This document shows, piece by piece, positions 55,929 through 64,000 of a stretch of DNA of 64,000 nt. Source of the stretch: an uncultured delta proteobacterium (GTDB taxonomy: Bacteria > Desulfobacterota > Binatia > Binatales > Binataceae); contig CAWEEQ010000004.1 of NCBI GenBank assembly GCA_963808235.1, positions 2,688,001 through 2,752,000 on the forward strand, in the 5' to 3' direction. The translations under genes were made by a program, and so were the position numbers. Within the stretch, counting starts at the first letter, position 1, and each line of letters opens with the position of its first letter. The notes under the pieces were generated by a model. That model saw nothing but the letters and a program-made list of their open reading frames with translations, was not told the origin of the DNA and ran no database searches.

Positions 55929-56746
55929 GGCGTCAAGCCAGATCTCTGTTGCTTGCCCTGCTCACTCTATCGATAGTTGCGATCTCTATCTCGCCGCCCG
56001 CGACAGCGGTTCAGGATGACGCCGCGCTTCGGGCGGCGATCGCCGGCGCGCAGCGTTCCGACGCAAACAAGGCTCGCGACAAATATCGCCATCCCATGGA
56101 AACACTCACCTTCTTTGGGATTAAGCCTGACATGAAGGTGGTCGAAATCGCACCCGGTGCCGGCTGGTACACCGAGATCCTGGCGCCGTTTCTCAAGGAC
56201 CACGGCAAACTTTACGAAGTAGTGGGAAAGGGAGCGGGCGCCAAGAGCTTCGAGGAAAAGCTCAAGGCCGATCCCTCGGTCTACGGCCAGATCGTCGTAG
56301 TCAGCGCACAGCCGCCGGCTGAAACCGAAATGGTGCCGGCAGGTTCAGCCGACATGGTTCTGACGTTTCGCAATGTTCACGACTGGCTGCCCAAGGGCAC
56401 CGCGGAAGACTACTTCAAGGCTTTTTACCGAGCACTGAAACCCGGCGGAATTTTAGGAGTAACCGACCATCGCGCCGATCCTTCGCAGCCGCAGGATCCA
56501 AACGCCAAGAACGGATATGTGCGCCAGGACTATATGATCAAACTGGCGGAGGAGGCCGGCTTCAAGTTGGCGGGCGCCTCGGAGATCAATGCAAATCCGA
56601 AGGACAATCGAGACCATCCGGTGTGGAATCTGCCGCCAACCTTGCGTCAGGGAGATAAGGATCGCGCCAAGTATCTGGCGATCGGAGAGAGCGACCGGAT
56701 GACATTGAAATTCATCAAGCCAGCGACAGAGGCTCGAGCAAACTAA
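55925..56746 (+). CDS. Exported class I SAM-dependent methyltransferase
   Basis: RDKYRHP.ETL.FFG, VEIAPGAGWYTE, DMVLTFRNVHDW, LKPGG, SEINANPKD, IGESDRMTLKF. Confidence 0.85.
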   Translation: MRRQARSLLLALLTLSIVAISISPPATAVQDDAALRAAIAGAQRSDANKARDKYRHPMETLTFFGIKPDMKVVEIAPGAGWYTEILAPFLKDHGKLYEVVGKGAGAKSFEEKLKADPSVYGQIVVVSAQPPAETEMVPAGSADMVLTFRNVHDWLPKGTAEDYFKAFYRALKPGGILGVTDHRADPSQPQDPNAKNGYVRQDYMIKLAEEAGFKLAGASEINANPKDNRDHPVWNLPPTLRQGDKDRAKYLAIGESDRMTLKFIKPATEARAN

Positions 56747-56790
56747 TCTGCCGCGTTTCGTTCGAAGTAAGTTATGATACCGCTTCTGCC

Positions 56791-57588
56791 ATGAGATCGA
56801 TCCGCGCGTATGCCATTACCTTTGCATTGATCTTGATCGCGTCGCTTGCGCTCGGTGCTGATACTGGGAACTTGAAGCTTGACGTGCTCGGCGACAAGGG
56901 CGCCGGCGCGAAGAATCCCGCACACCTAATCGCCGCGAATGGCAAGGAAGCTGGCCAGGTTATTGCGGGCGCGACAGTTGCGCTGCCGCCCGGCGAGTAC
57001 AAACTCGTGATGCCGATTGTCGGCGGGCAGATTGTCAAAGATGGAATTCGAATCGAGGCTGGGCGGACGCATACCGTGCTGATCGAAAACGTCGCGTCCT
57101 TGCGCGTGAGCGTAAAAGATAAAACTGGCGCCGAGCCTGGCTTTGGCGTGACGGTGACTACCACCGACTCGCCACATGCCAAGGTTGCCAGCTTTCTTTC
57201 CGGCGACACCTATCTTTTCGCGCCGAGCCAGGTAGACGTGCACGTGGACGCTCCGCCGCAGGGTTACGATTGGCACGCGGTGACGCTCACGCCGGGGCAT
57301 AGCGCGGTGCTGACGATGGACGAAGTCGTGCCGGCGGAGCTGGTCGTGCAGACCGTGATGTCGAAGCTTCCGTTCGACAACTCGACTCGGGTAGTCATCT
57401 TGCACGGCGGCACACAGACGAAAGTCGCGGAGAGCGATCCGGGGAGCGAGCATCGGTTCAAACTCGATCCGGGCGACTACGATGTTTACGTGGAGAATCA
57501 TTCCGGCAAGGGCAAGCCGTACGCGACCTCGGCGGGAGTGCATCTTGAGTCCGGCGCGAAGGTGGAACGGACCGTGCCGCTGGACTAA
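56791..57588 (+). CDS. Secreted hypothetical protein with Ig/prealbumin-like beta repeats
   Basis: Signal peptide; LPPGEYKL and LDPGDYDV repeats. Confidence 0.65.
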   Translation: MRSIRAYAITFALILIASLALGADTGNLKLDVLGDKGAGAKNPAHLIAANGKEAGQVIAGATVALPPGEYKLVMPIVGGQIVKDGIRIEAGRTHTVLIENVASLRVSVKDKTGAEPGFGVTVTTTDSPHAKVASFLSGDTYLFAPSQVDVHVDAPPQGYDWHAVTLTPGHSAVLTMDEVVPAELVVQTVMSKLPFDNSTRVVILHGGTQTKVAESDPGSEHRFKLDPGDYDVYVENHSGKGKPYATSAGVHLESGAKVERTVPLD

Positions 57589-57624
57589 TAAGACTAGACA
57601 TCGACGAGAACAAAGAGAGGACCA

Positions 57625-57747
57625 ATGGCAAGCGAACGACAAAAAGAAATCAAGCGGCGGCGCAAACGGAAGAAATCGAGAATCCAGGCGAAGACTCGCG
57701 AGGCTCGGCGAAAGACCAGGAAAGGCGGCCGCAAATCCGCGTCTTGA
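57625..57747 (+). CDS. 40-aa highly basic peptide (not in ORF track)
   Basis: MASERQKEIKRRRKRKKSRIQAKTREARRKTRKGGRKSAS; AGAGAGGA RBS; fills the gap between co-oriented genes. Confidence 0.7.
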   Translation: MASERQKEIKRRRKRKKSRIQAKTREARRKTRKGGRKSAS

Positions 57748-57755
57748 GGTCAGCG

Positions 57756-58571
57756 ATGGCTTACGAAACTATTCTCTACGAGGTCGCCGACGAAATCGCG
57801 ACGATCACGCTTAATCGTCCCGCCAAGATGAACGCGTACACGTCGACGATGGGCGCGGAGATTACCGACGCGATGATTCGCGCCGACAGGGACGATGAAG
57901 CGCGCGTTATAATCCTGACGGGTGCAGGCGATCGCGCCTTCTGCGCCGGCGCCGACATGTCGATGTTCGCGTCCGATATCAAGGCGCGCGAAGAAAAGTC
58001 GGACGGCAAATCGGATTCGCACGAACGGCGGCCGCCCGGCATTTCGCTCCCGCAAGTGATGCGCAATCTCTCCAAGCCCACGATTGCAGCGATCAACGGC
58101 TACGCGCTCGGCGTGGGATGCACGATCCCGCTGCTGCTCGACGTGCGAATCGCGTCGGAGAACGCCAAGATGGGCGTGATTTTTCCCCGCGTCGGCCTGA
58201 TGAGCGAGCTCGGCTCGAGTTACCTGATGCCCCGGCTGATAGGCCTCGCGCGAACCGCCGAGATGATGCTCACCGGGCGCCAGTATCCGGCGGCGGAATG
58301 CCTCGCGATGGGACTCGTGAGCCGCGTGGTTCCATTCAAGGATCTCGCGGCGACCGCGCGTGAACTCGCCGGCGACATGCTGCAATGCTCGCCGACTTCG
58401 CTCGCGTTCACCCGCCGCGCCCTTTACCAGGGACTCGACGGCACGCTCGAGACCGCGATGGCGTTCGAGGGATTTGCGCTCGAGAAGTGCTACGTCAGCC
58501 CGGAGCACAAGGAATACGTGACGGCGTTTATGGAGAAGCGAAAGCCTGATTTCAAGAAGGTCAAGCGGTAG
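57756..58571 (+). CDS. Enoyl-CoA hydratase/isomerase family protein
   Basis: ITLNRP...NA, RAFCAGAD, KPTIAAINGYALG.G, D.RIASE, FMEKRKP.F. Confidence 0.92.
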   Translation: MAYETILYEVADEIATITLNRPAKMNAYTSTMGAEITDAMIRADRDDEARVIILTGAGDRAFCAGADMSMFASDIKAREEKSDGKSDSHERRPPGISLPQVMRNLSKPTIAAINGYALGVGCTIPLLLDVRIASENAKMGVIFPRVGLMSELGSSYLMPRLIGLARTAEMMLTGRQYPAAECLAMGLVSRVVPFKDLAATARELAGDMLQCSPTSLAFTRRALYQGLDGTLETAMAFEGFALEKCYVSPEHKEYVTAFMEKRKPDFKKVKR

Positions 58572-58718
58572 GCCTTGATAAGACATCTTGACCAAATATG
58601 CGCGGAAAGCTAGGGTTTCTGAGTAGATAACTTAGTGAGTATCTTTTATCATATAACCGCATCCGGAAGTTCACGAGTGCGCGAACTGAATTAAAAAATC
58701 AAGAGGCAGGTGACGAAT

Positions 58719-59357
58719 ATGGCACTTCACATCGGAAGCGTTGCACCGGATTTCACCCAGGAATCGACCGAAGGTCCGATCAATTTTCACGAATGGATCG
58801 GCGACAAGTGGGCGATCCTGTTTTCGCATCCCAAGGATTTCACCCCGGTCTGCACCACCGAGCTCGGCACCGTGGCCAAGCTCAAGCCCGAGTTCGACAA
58901 GCGCAACATCAAGGCGATCGGGGTGAGCGTCGACAACGTCGATTCGCACAAGAAATGGATCGGCGATATCGAGGAAACGCAGCATACGAAGCTGAACTTT
59001 CCGATCCTCGGCGACGCGGACAAGAAGGTCTCGACGCTCTACGACATGATTCATCCGGAGTGGAACGACACGCTGACGGTCCGCTCGGTCTTCGTGATCG
59101 ACAACAACAAGAAGATTCGCCTGACGCTGACCTACCCGGCGAGCACCGGCCGCAACTTCCAGGAAATCCTGCGCGCGATCGACTCGTTGCAGTTGACCGA
59201 CAAGTACCAGGTTGCGACGCCCGCCGACTGGAAGAAGGGCGAGGACTGCATAATCGTGCCGGCGCTGCAGGACGAGAAAGTGCTCAAAGAGAAGTTTCCG
59301 AAGGGCTACAAGGTAGTGAAGCCGTACCTGCGCATCACGCCTGACCCGAGCAAATGA
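58719..59357 (+). CDS. 1-Cys peroxiredoxin (Prx6 family)
   Basis: FSHPKDFTPVCTTE, TVRSVF, YPASTGRNF.EILR, ATPADW, KPYLR. Confidence 0.93.
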   Translation: MALHIGSVAPDFTQESTEGPINFHEWIGDKWAILFSHPKDFTPVCTTELGTVAKLKPEFDKRNIKAIGVSVDNVDSHKKWIGDIEETQHTKLNFPILGDADKKVSTLYDMIHPEWNDTLTVRSVFVIDNNKKIRLTLTYPASTGRNFQEILRAIDSLQLTDKYQVATPADWKKGEDCIIVPALQDEKVLKEKFPKGYKVVKPYLRITPDPSK

Positions 59358-59380
59358 ACGCTTGAAAATTGACGAAAAGG

Positions 59381-59413
59381 GAACGGCTCCCGCGTCGGGA
59401 GCCGTTTCTGTTT
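59381..59413 (+). terminator. Rho-independent terminator after the peroxiredoxin gene
   Basis: GAACGGCTCCC / GGGAGCCGTTT stem followed by T-rich tail. Confidence 0.7.
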
Positions 59414-59460
59414 CGCGATGGTTTGACAACGGCGGCGGCGCACCGGAGAATTGAGGTCAA

Positions 59461-59664
59461 ATGGCACGAATAACCGTAGAAGATTGCCTCGATAATATTC
59501 CCAACCGCTTCGAGCTGGTGCTCGGGGCTGCGCGCCGCGCAAAGCAACTCCTGAAGGGTGCGCGGCCGCTGGTGGAATCGGACAATAAGGAAGTGGTCAC
59601 GGCGTTGCGCGAAATCGCGGCGGGCAAGGTGACGATCGAGGAACCCGAAGCGACTTCAGAGTGA
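59461..59664 (+). CDS. rpoZ: RNA polymerase omega subunit
   Basis: [36 protein letters not shown]. Confidence 0.95.
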   Translation: MARITVEDCLDNIPNRFELVLGAARRAKQLLKGARPLVESDNKEVVTALREIAAGKVTIEEPEATSE

Positions 59665-59833
59665 CGGTTTGCGAATGACCGCCGATGCGCGCACGATTTA
59701 TCCGATCGTAACAGCGGCGTAGGCGCGTTGAATCCATTATCGCAACTAGTTGAATAGCCTCGGCGACCACAGTCACTCAGGACTGCACCCGTCTCTATCG
59801 AATCGTGAGCGTTGGCCGAGCTGGAGCCAGCCT

Positions 59834-60958
59834 GTGGCGCGCAAACCTGGCAAACCAATCCGAGCGAAGACTGCGGCGAAGCGTGCCGGAAAGACGGTCG
59901 TCGATTCGCGCGCCGAGGTTCGTCCCAAGCCGACGGTCGCCGAGATTGCGCCAGACTTCGAGTCCGCTGACAACAACGACGCACCGATCGAAGTATCTGA
60001 TTTTCATCCGGTAGATAGCGCGCACGACGACGCGGAAGAAGTCGGCGAAGCGACGCTCGAGACCGAATCGCACGACGGCGCGCCCTCCGCCAAAGATGCC
60101 GGCGCGGTCGTACCGGTCGATCCGCTGAGCCGTTACCTGGCGGAGATTCGCCGATTCCCATTGCTGTCACGCGAAGAGGAGTCGGAGATCGCGCGGCGTT
60201 ACGTCAAGAAAGGAGATCCCGCGGACGCGTACCGGCTGGTCACCGCGAACCTGCGACTGGTCGTGAAGATAGCGTTCGAGTTCGCGCGCGCCACTAAAAA
60301 CGCACTCGATCTGATCCAGGAAGGCAATGTCGGCCTGATGGAAGCGGTCAAGAATTTCGATCCCGAGCACGGGGTCCGCTTTCCGTCCTACGCGGTCTGG
60401 TGGGTGCGCGCGTATATCTACCGCTACCTGATCAATAACTCGCGGCTGGTGAAGATCGGCACCACGCAGGCACAACGCAAGCTGTTTTTTAATCTGCGCA
60501 AAGAAACTGAGCGGCTGGAGCGCGAGGGCTTCAAGCCGCAACCGCTGCTGTTGGCGCATCGCATGGGCGTCAAGGAGAGCGAGGTGCGCGAGATGCAGGA
60601 GCGGATGGGCCAGAGTGAAGTCTCCCTAGATCAACCGGCCGGCGCGAGCGAGGAGACGCGGCTGCTCGATGTGATTCCCGACTCCGGGCACAATCCGGAA
60701 ACAGAAACCGCGAACCGCGAATGGCGCGATTTTGCGCGCGAAAAGGTCGAGCAGTTCGCCGCGCAGCTCGACGGCAAGGAACTCGAAATCTTCAACGCGC
60801 GGTTGCTCGCCGAAGATCCCGAGACGCTGCAGGAGATAGGCGCGCGATTCGGAATCAGCCGCGAACGCGTCCGCCAGATCGAAACCCGGCTCAAAAGGCG
60901 GCTGAAGGAATTTATCGAAGCCGCGGCGCCCGATGTCGACGATTCGGGACCTTCGTGA
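59834..60958 (+). CDS. rpoH: RNA polymerase sigma-32 family factor
   Basis: NLRLVVKIA, DLIQEGN.GL, SYAVWW, RpoH box QRKLFFNLR, TLQEIG..FGISRERVRQIE; start uncertain. Confidence 0.85.
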   Translation: MARKPGKPIRAKTAAKRAGKTVVDSRAEVRPKPTVAEIAPDFESADNNDAPIEVSDFHPVDSAHDDAEEVGEATLETESHDGAPSAKDAGAVVPVDPLSRYLAEIRRFPLLSREEESEIARRYVKKGDPADAYRLVTANLRLVVKIAFEFARATKNALDLIQEGNVGLMEAVKNFDPEHGVRFPSYAVWWVRAYIYRYLINNSRLVKIGTTQAQRKLFFNLRKETERLEREGFKPQPLLLAHRMGVKESEVREMQERMGQSEVSLDQPAGASEETRLLDVIPDSGHNPETETANREWRDFAREKVEQFAAQLDGKELEIFNARLLAEDPETLQEIGARFGISRERVRQIETRLKRRLKEFIEAAAPDVDDSGPS

Positions 60959-61038
60959 TTGCGATACTGACCCATTGCCGCTGACGGGCGCGACGGCAAT
61001 AATGCTCTTGAGGCGGATCGCGCGGGCGTCGAATCGAA

Positions 61039-61770
61039 ATGCGAGAACGCAGTTGCGCGCTGGTGGTGGTGGGTAACGAAATCCTTTCCGGCAAGGTGCA
61101 GGACTCGAACGCGTACTTCGCGGCGCGCGAGTTGCGCAAAATCGGCGTCGCGCTTGCCCGTATCGCTACTATCCCTGACGAACTCGCCCTGATTGCGGCT
61201 GAAGTCTCGCACTGTTCGCGCAATTTCGATTTCGTGATTACCTCGGGCGGAGTCGGGCCCACCCACGACGACCTCACGATGGAGGGCGTAGCGCGCGCGT
61301 TCAATCGGCGCCTGGTGATGCATCCCGATCTCGAGCGCCTCATTCGCGAACATTTTCGCGAGCGCTCGCTCGAGGCGGGCCTCAAGATGGCTGAAGTGCC
61401 AGAGGGCGCGGTTCTCAATGAAGGCGGCGACCTCAGGTTTCCAACCGTGCAAATCGAAAATGTCTACGTGCTGCCGGGAATCCCGCAATTGTTCGAGGCG
61501 AAGCTGCTCGCGCTCAAGAGCCGTTTCGCGACCGACCCGTATTTCATGCGCGCGATCTATTTGAGCGTCGGCGAGGGTACGATTGCCGACGATCTGAACG
61601 ATTGCATGCGCAATTTTCCCGAGCTGATGCTCGGCTCATATCCAAAGATCGGAAACCCCGCGTATCGCGTGAAGCTGACGCTCGAATCGAAGGACGCCGA
61701 ATATCTCGAGCGCGCATTTAATCATCTGATGCGGCTGCTGCCGGCCGAGGCGGTGGTCAAAACCGAATAG
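61039..61770 (+). CDS. CinA N-terminal / molybdopterin-binding (FAD hydrolase-like) protein
   Basis: VGNEILSGK..DSN, TSGGVGPTHDD.T, LPGIP, GSYP. Confidence 0.85.
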   Translation: MRERSCALVVVGNEILSGKVQDSNAYFAARELRKIGVALARIATIPDELALIAAEVSHCSRNFDFVITSGGVGPTHDDLTMEGVARAFNRRLVMHPDLERLIREHFRERSLEAGLKMAEVPEGAVLNEGGDLRFPTVQIENVYVLPGIPQLFEAKLLALKSRFATDPYFMRAIYLSVGEGTIADDLNDCMRNFPELMLGSYPKIGNPAYRVKLTLESKDAEYLERAFNHLMRLLPAEAVVKTE

Positions 61771-61802
61771 GCAATTCAACTCTGGCGGTGGTGGAGGAAA
61801 TC

Positions 61803-62369
61803 ATGAGAAAGGAAATTTTGCGGACAGTAACGATCGCGCTGGCATTGGCGCTCACGATGGCAATCTTCGCGCCGGAGTATGCGTCGGCGCAGCAACCAAA
61901 CACCGGCGCGCCGACGACGGCTGTGGAGCAGCCGCAAGAGGGGGGCGTGAACTGGTCGGGCACCGGCTACGGCGTCGGGGCGTTGTTCGCGAACATATTG
62001 TATGTGCCCTTCAAGCTGACCTACGCGATTCTCGGCGGCATCGTCGGTGGCGGCACCTATCTCGTAACCGCGGGAAACACGCAGGCGGCCGACACGGTCT
62101 GGCGCAGCGCATTTGGCGGTGACTATGTAATTACGCCGCAGATGTTGGCAGGGCAGCAGCCGATAAACTTCAGCGGCCCGACCGGCACCCCGCAGGAAAA
62201 TACCGCTCCGGCGCCCGCGATGAGTTCGACGAATAACGGCACGATCGCACCGATGGCGCCGCTGCCATCGTCAGGTTCGTCTGTCTCGGGTTCGTCTGCG
62301 TCGGCATCGTCGTCAGGGCAGCCGCTCGATCACGGCAGCGGTCCCGCGAACCCCGCGAATATTGAGTAG
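61803..62369 (+). CDS. Exported/membrane hypothetical protein
   Basis: Signal peptide, Gly-rich hydrophobic core (YVPFKLTYAILGG), Ser/Pro tail. Confidence 0.65.
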   Translation: MRKEILRTVTIALALALTMAIFAPEYASAQQPNTGAPTTAVEQPQEGGVNWSGTGYGVGALFANILYVPFKLTYAILGGIVGGGTYLVTAGNTQAADTVWRSAFGGDYVITPQMLAGQQPINFSGPTGTPQENTAPAPAMSSTNNGTIAPMAPLPSSGSSVSGSSASASSSGQPLDHGSGPANPANIE

Positions 62370-62413
62370 GCCGCAGGTTCACAGCTGCGCGCTGGTAAGT
62401 CGGAGAATTTTCC

Positions 62414-62764
62414 ATGCGGAAGATCCGTTTTATCTGGAAGTCCACGTGAACGACCTGCCGCGACGCAAGAAGTTTCTTGCGTAAGGAACTCGGCGCCGAA
62501 CTCGACGAGCGCGACTACGCGAAGACGGCGCTGAGCGCGGTCGAGCTAAAGGATCTGTTTGCGGATCGCGATCCGCGGGATTTTCTGAATCCACGCAGCC
62601 CGGCGTTCAAGGCGATGAATCTCACGGGCAAAAATCTAAGCCGCGAACAGGCAGTGGCGCTGATGGCCAAGGAGCCAAATCTGATCAAACGGCCCATCGT
62701 TATCGCGGGCAAGGAAATGATCGCGGGTTTCGATCGCGACCGGCTGCGAGCCGCGCTGAAATAG
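62414..62764 (+). CDS. ArsC/Spx/YffB-family selenoprotein (UxxC), in-frame TGA at 62447
   Basis: MRKIRFIWKST-U-TTCRDARSFL...N..S..FK...EPNLIKRP......GF; GGAGA RBS; hairpin immediately 3' of TGA. Confidence 0.82.
62463..62482 (+). promoter_or_regulatory. Candidate bacterial SECIS hairpin
   Basis: ACGCAAGA-AGTT-TCTTGCGT perfect 8-bp stem starting 13 nt after the UGA. Confidence 0.65.
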
Positions 62765-62853
62765 CGCCGGCGCAGTATCGGACGCCTCCGCTTAGGCGTG
62801 CAATAGTACCCCGAGCGGTGCTATTTCCTGAACGACATCAGGAGTTTTTTATC

Positions 62854-64000
62854 ATGGCATTTTCCAACGATCTTTTTTTCGCTCCGGCTCATCACTCGCC
62901 GCGATGCTGCGCAAGCGAGAGGTTTCGTCGGCGGAGATGGTGTCTGCTTTCATCGAACGGATCGAGTCGGTGAACCATGGTCTGAATGCGGTCGTGACGC
63001 TGGTCGAGGAACGCGCCGCGCGCGAAGCGGAAGATTCCGACCAGCGTCTTGCGGGCAAGGGCGACGTTCGTCCGCTCGAAGGGTTGCCGATCACGATAAA
63101 GGATTCGGTGATGACTGAGGGCGTCCGCTCTACCGACGGGATGAAGATATTCGAGCATCACGTTCCGAAGCGCGACGCGCCAACGGTTGCACGGCTGCGC
63201 GCGGCCGGCGCGGTAATTATCGCGAAGACCAACCTGCCTGAGATGGCGATGGATTATGACTGCGACAATCCGGTCTTCGGCGCGACCAATAATCCGTGGA
63301 ATCGCGAGCGGGTCCCCGGCGGATCGAGCGGCGGTGAGGCGGCGGCGCTGGCGGCCGGGATGTCGCCACTCGGCCTCGGCTCGGACTACGGCGGCTCGAT
63401 TCGGGTCCCGTCCCATTTCTGCGGCACCGTAGGTTTGAAGCCGACTTGGGGCACGATTCCGGGCACCGGTCATATGCCGCCCGGCGAAGCGGCGGCGCCG
63501 GGAATCGCGCACATGGCAACGGTCGGGCCGATGGCGCGCTTCGTCGACGATCTCACGCTCTCGTACAACATCATACGGGGAGCGCATCCGGGCGCGCTTT
63601 ACACGGTACCGACGAACGAGGCGCATCCCGAGAAAGTCGATCTGAAGAAGATTCGCTGCGCGATCTTCACCGGCGCGGGCGAGGTCCCGGTCGCATCGGA
63701 TATTCGCACCGCGATCGAACGCGCGGGCAAGGAGCTGCAGAAGGCGGGAATCGCGGTTGACGAAGTGAAGCCGCCCGTCGATGACGGCGCGCGAATCTGG
63801 TGGGAATACGCGATGGCTGACGGCAATCAGCTCCTGAACGAGGCGCTCGGCGACAATCTGAAGCTCGCGCGCGAGCGCTTCCGCAACGCCTGGGCGGTCA
63901 CTCCGGGCAAGTCGGCGGCCGAGTACTTCAAGATCTCGATCGCGCGCGACGTATGGCGGGTCAAGCTGGCGGAGTTCATGGAGCGCTACCCGATAATTCT
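62854..64000 (+). CDS. Amidase-signature family protein (partial; 1-nt frameshift near 62895)
   Basis: Hand translation: PLEGLPITIKD, KTNLPE, GGSSGGE, GSDYGGSIRVP; ATG 62854 with AGGAG RBS is one base out of frame. Confidence 0.85.

Overview
GC-rich, densely coding bacterial chromosomal window with no rRNA, tRNA, CRISPR array or transposase. The gene repertoire (DUF1329 protein, tandem CaiB/BaiF, LLM monooxygenase, NHL/PT surface protein) suggests Candidatus Binatota, but this is inference. A perfect parS site suggests an origin-proximal location. Main contents: a sigma54-type kdp operon with two unannotated small membrane peptides; amgK-murU, menA, slt, an orphan nuoI, thiC, rhodanese-MoeB, mce, trmJ and asd; a SAM-I-riboswitch-headed sulfur-relay cluster (ThiF/E1, ThrC-like, MoaD/CysO-like carrier, CysM-like, NIL, degenerate ThiF, HAD, cysC, sat); vapBC, eutBC, a 1-Cys peroxiredoxin, rpoZ and rpoH; and an unannotated UxxC selenoprotein with a SECIS-like hairpin. 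The most novel signal is that the two ThiF genes of the sulfur cluster are complementary. One keeps the ATP-binding, Zn and Cys motifs but lacks the N-terminal RYSRQ arginine finger, and the other keeps only the arginine finger and dimer helix, which suggests a eukaryote-like heterodimeric E1. At least five single-base frameshifts point to long-read indel errors, so apparent fusions and pseudogenes need caution.
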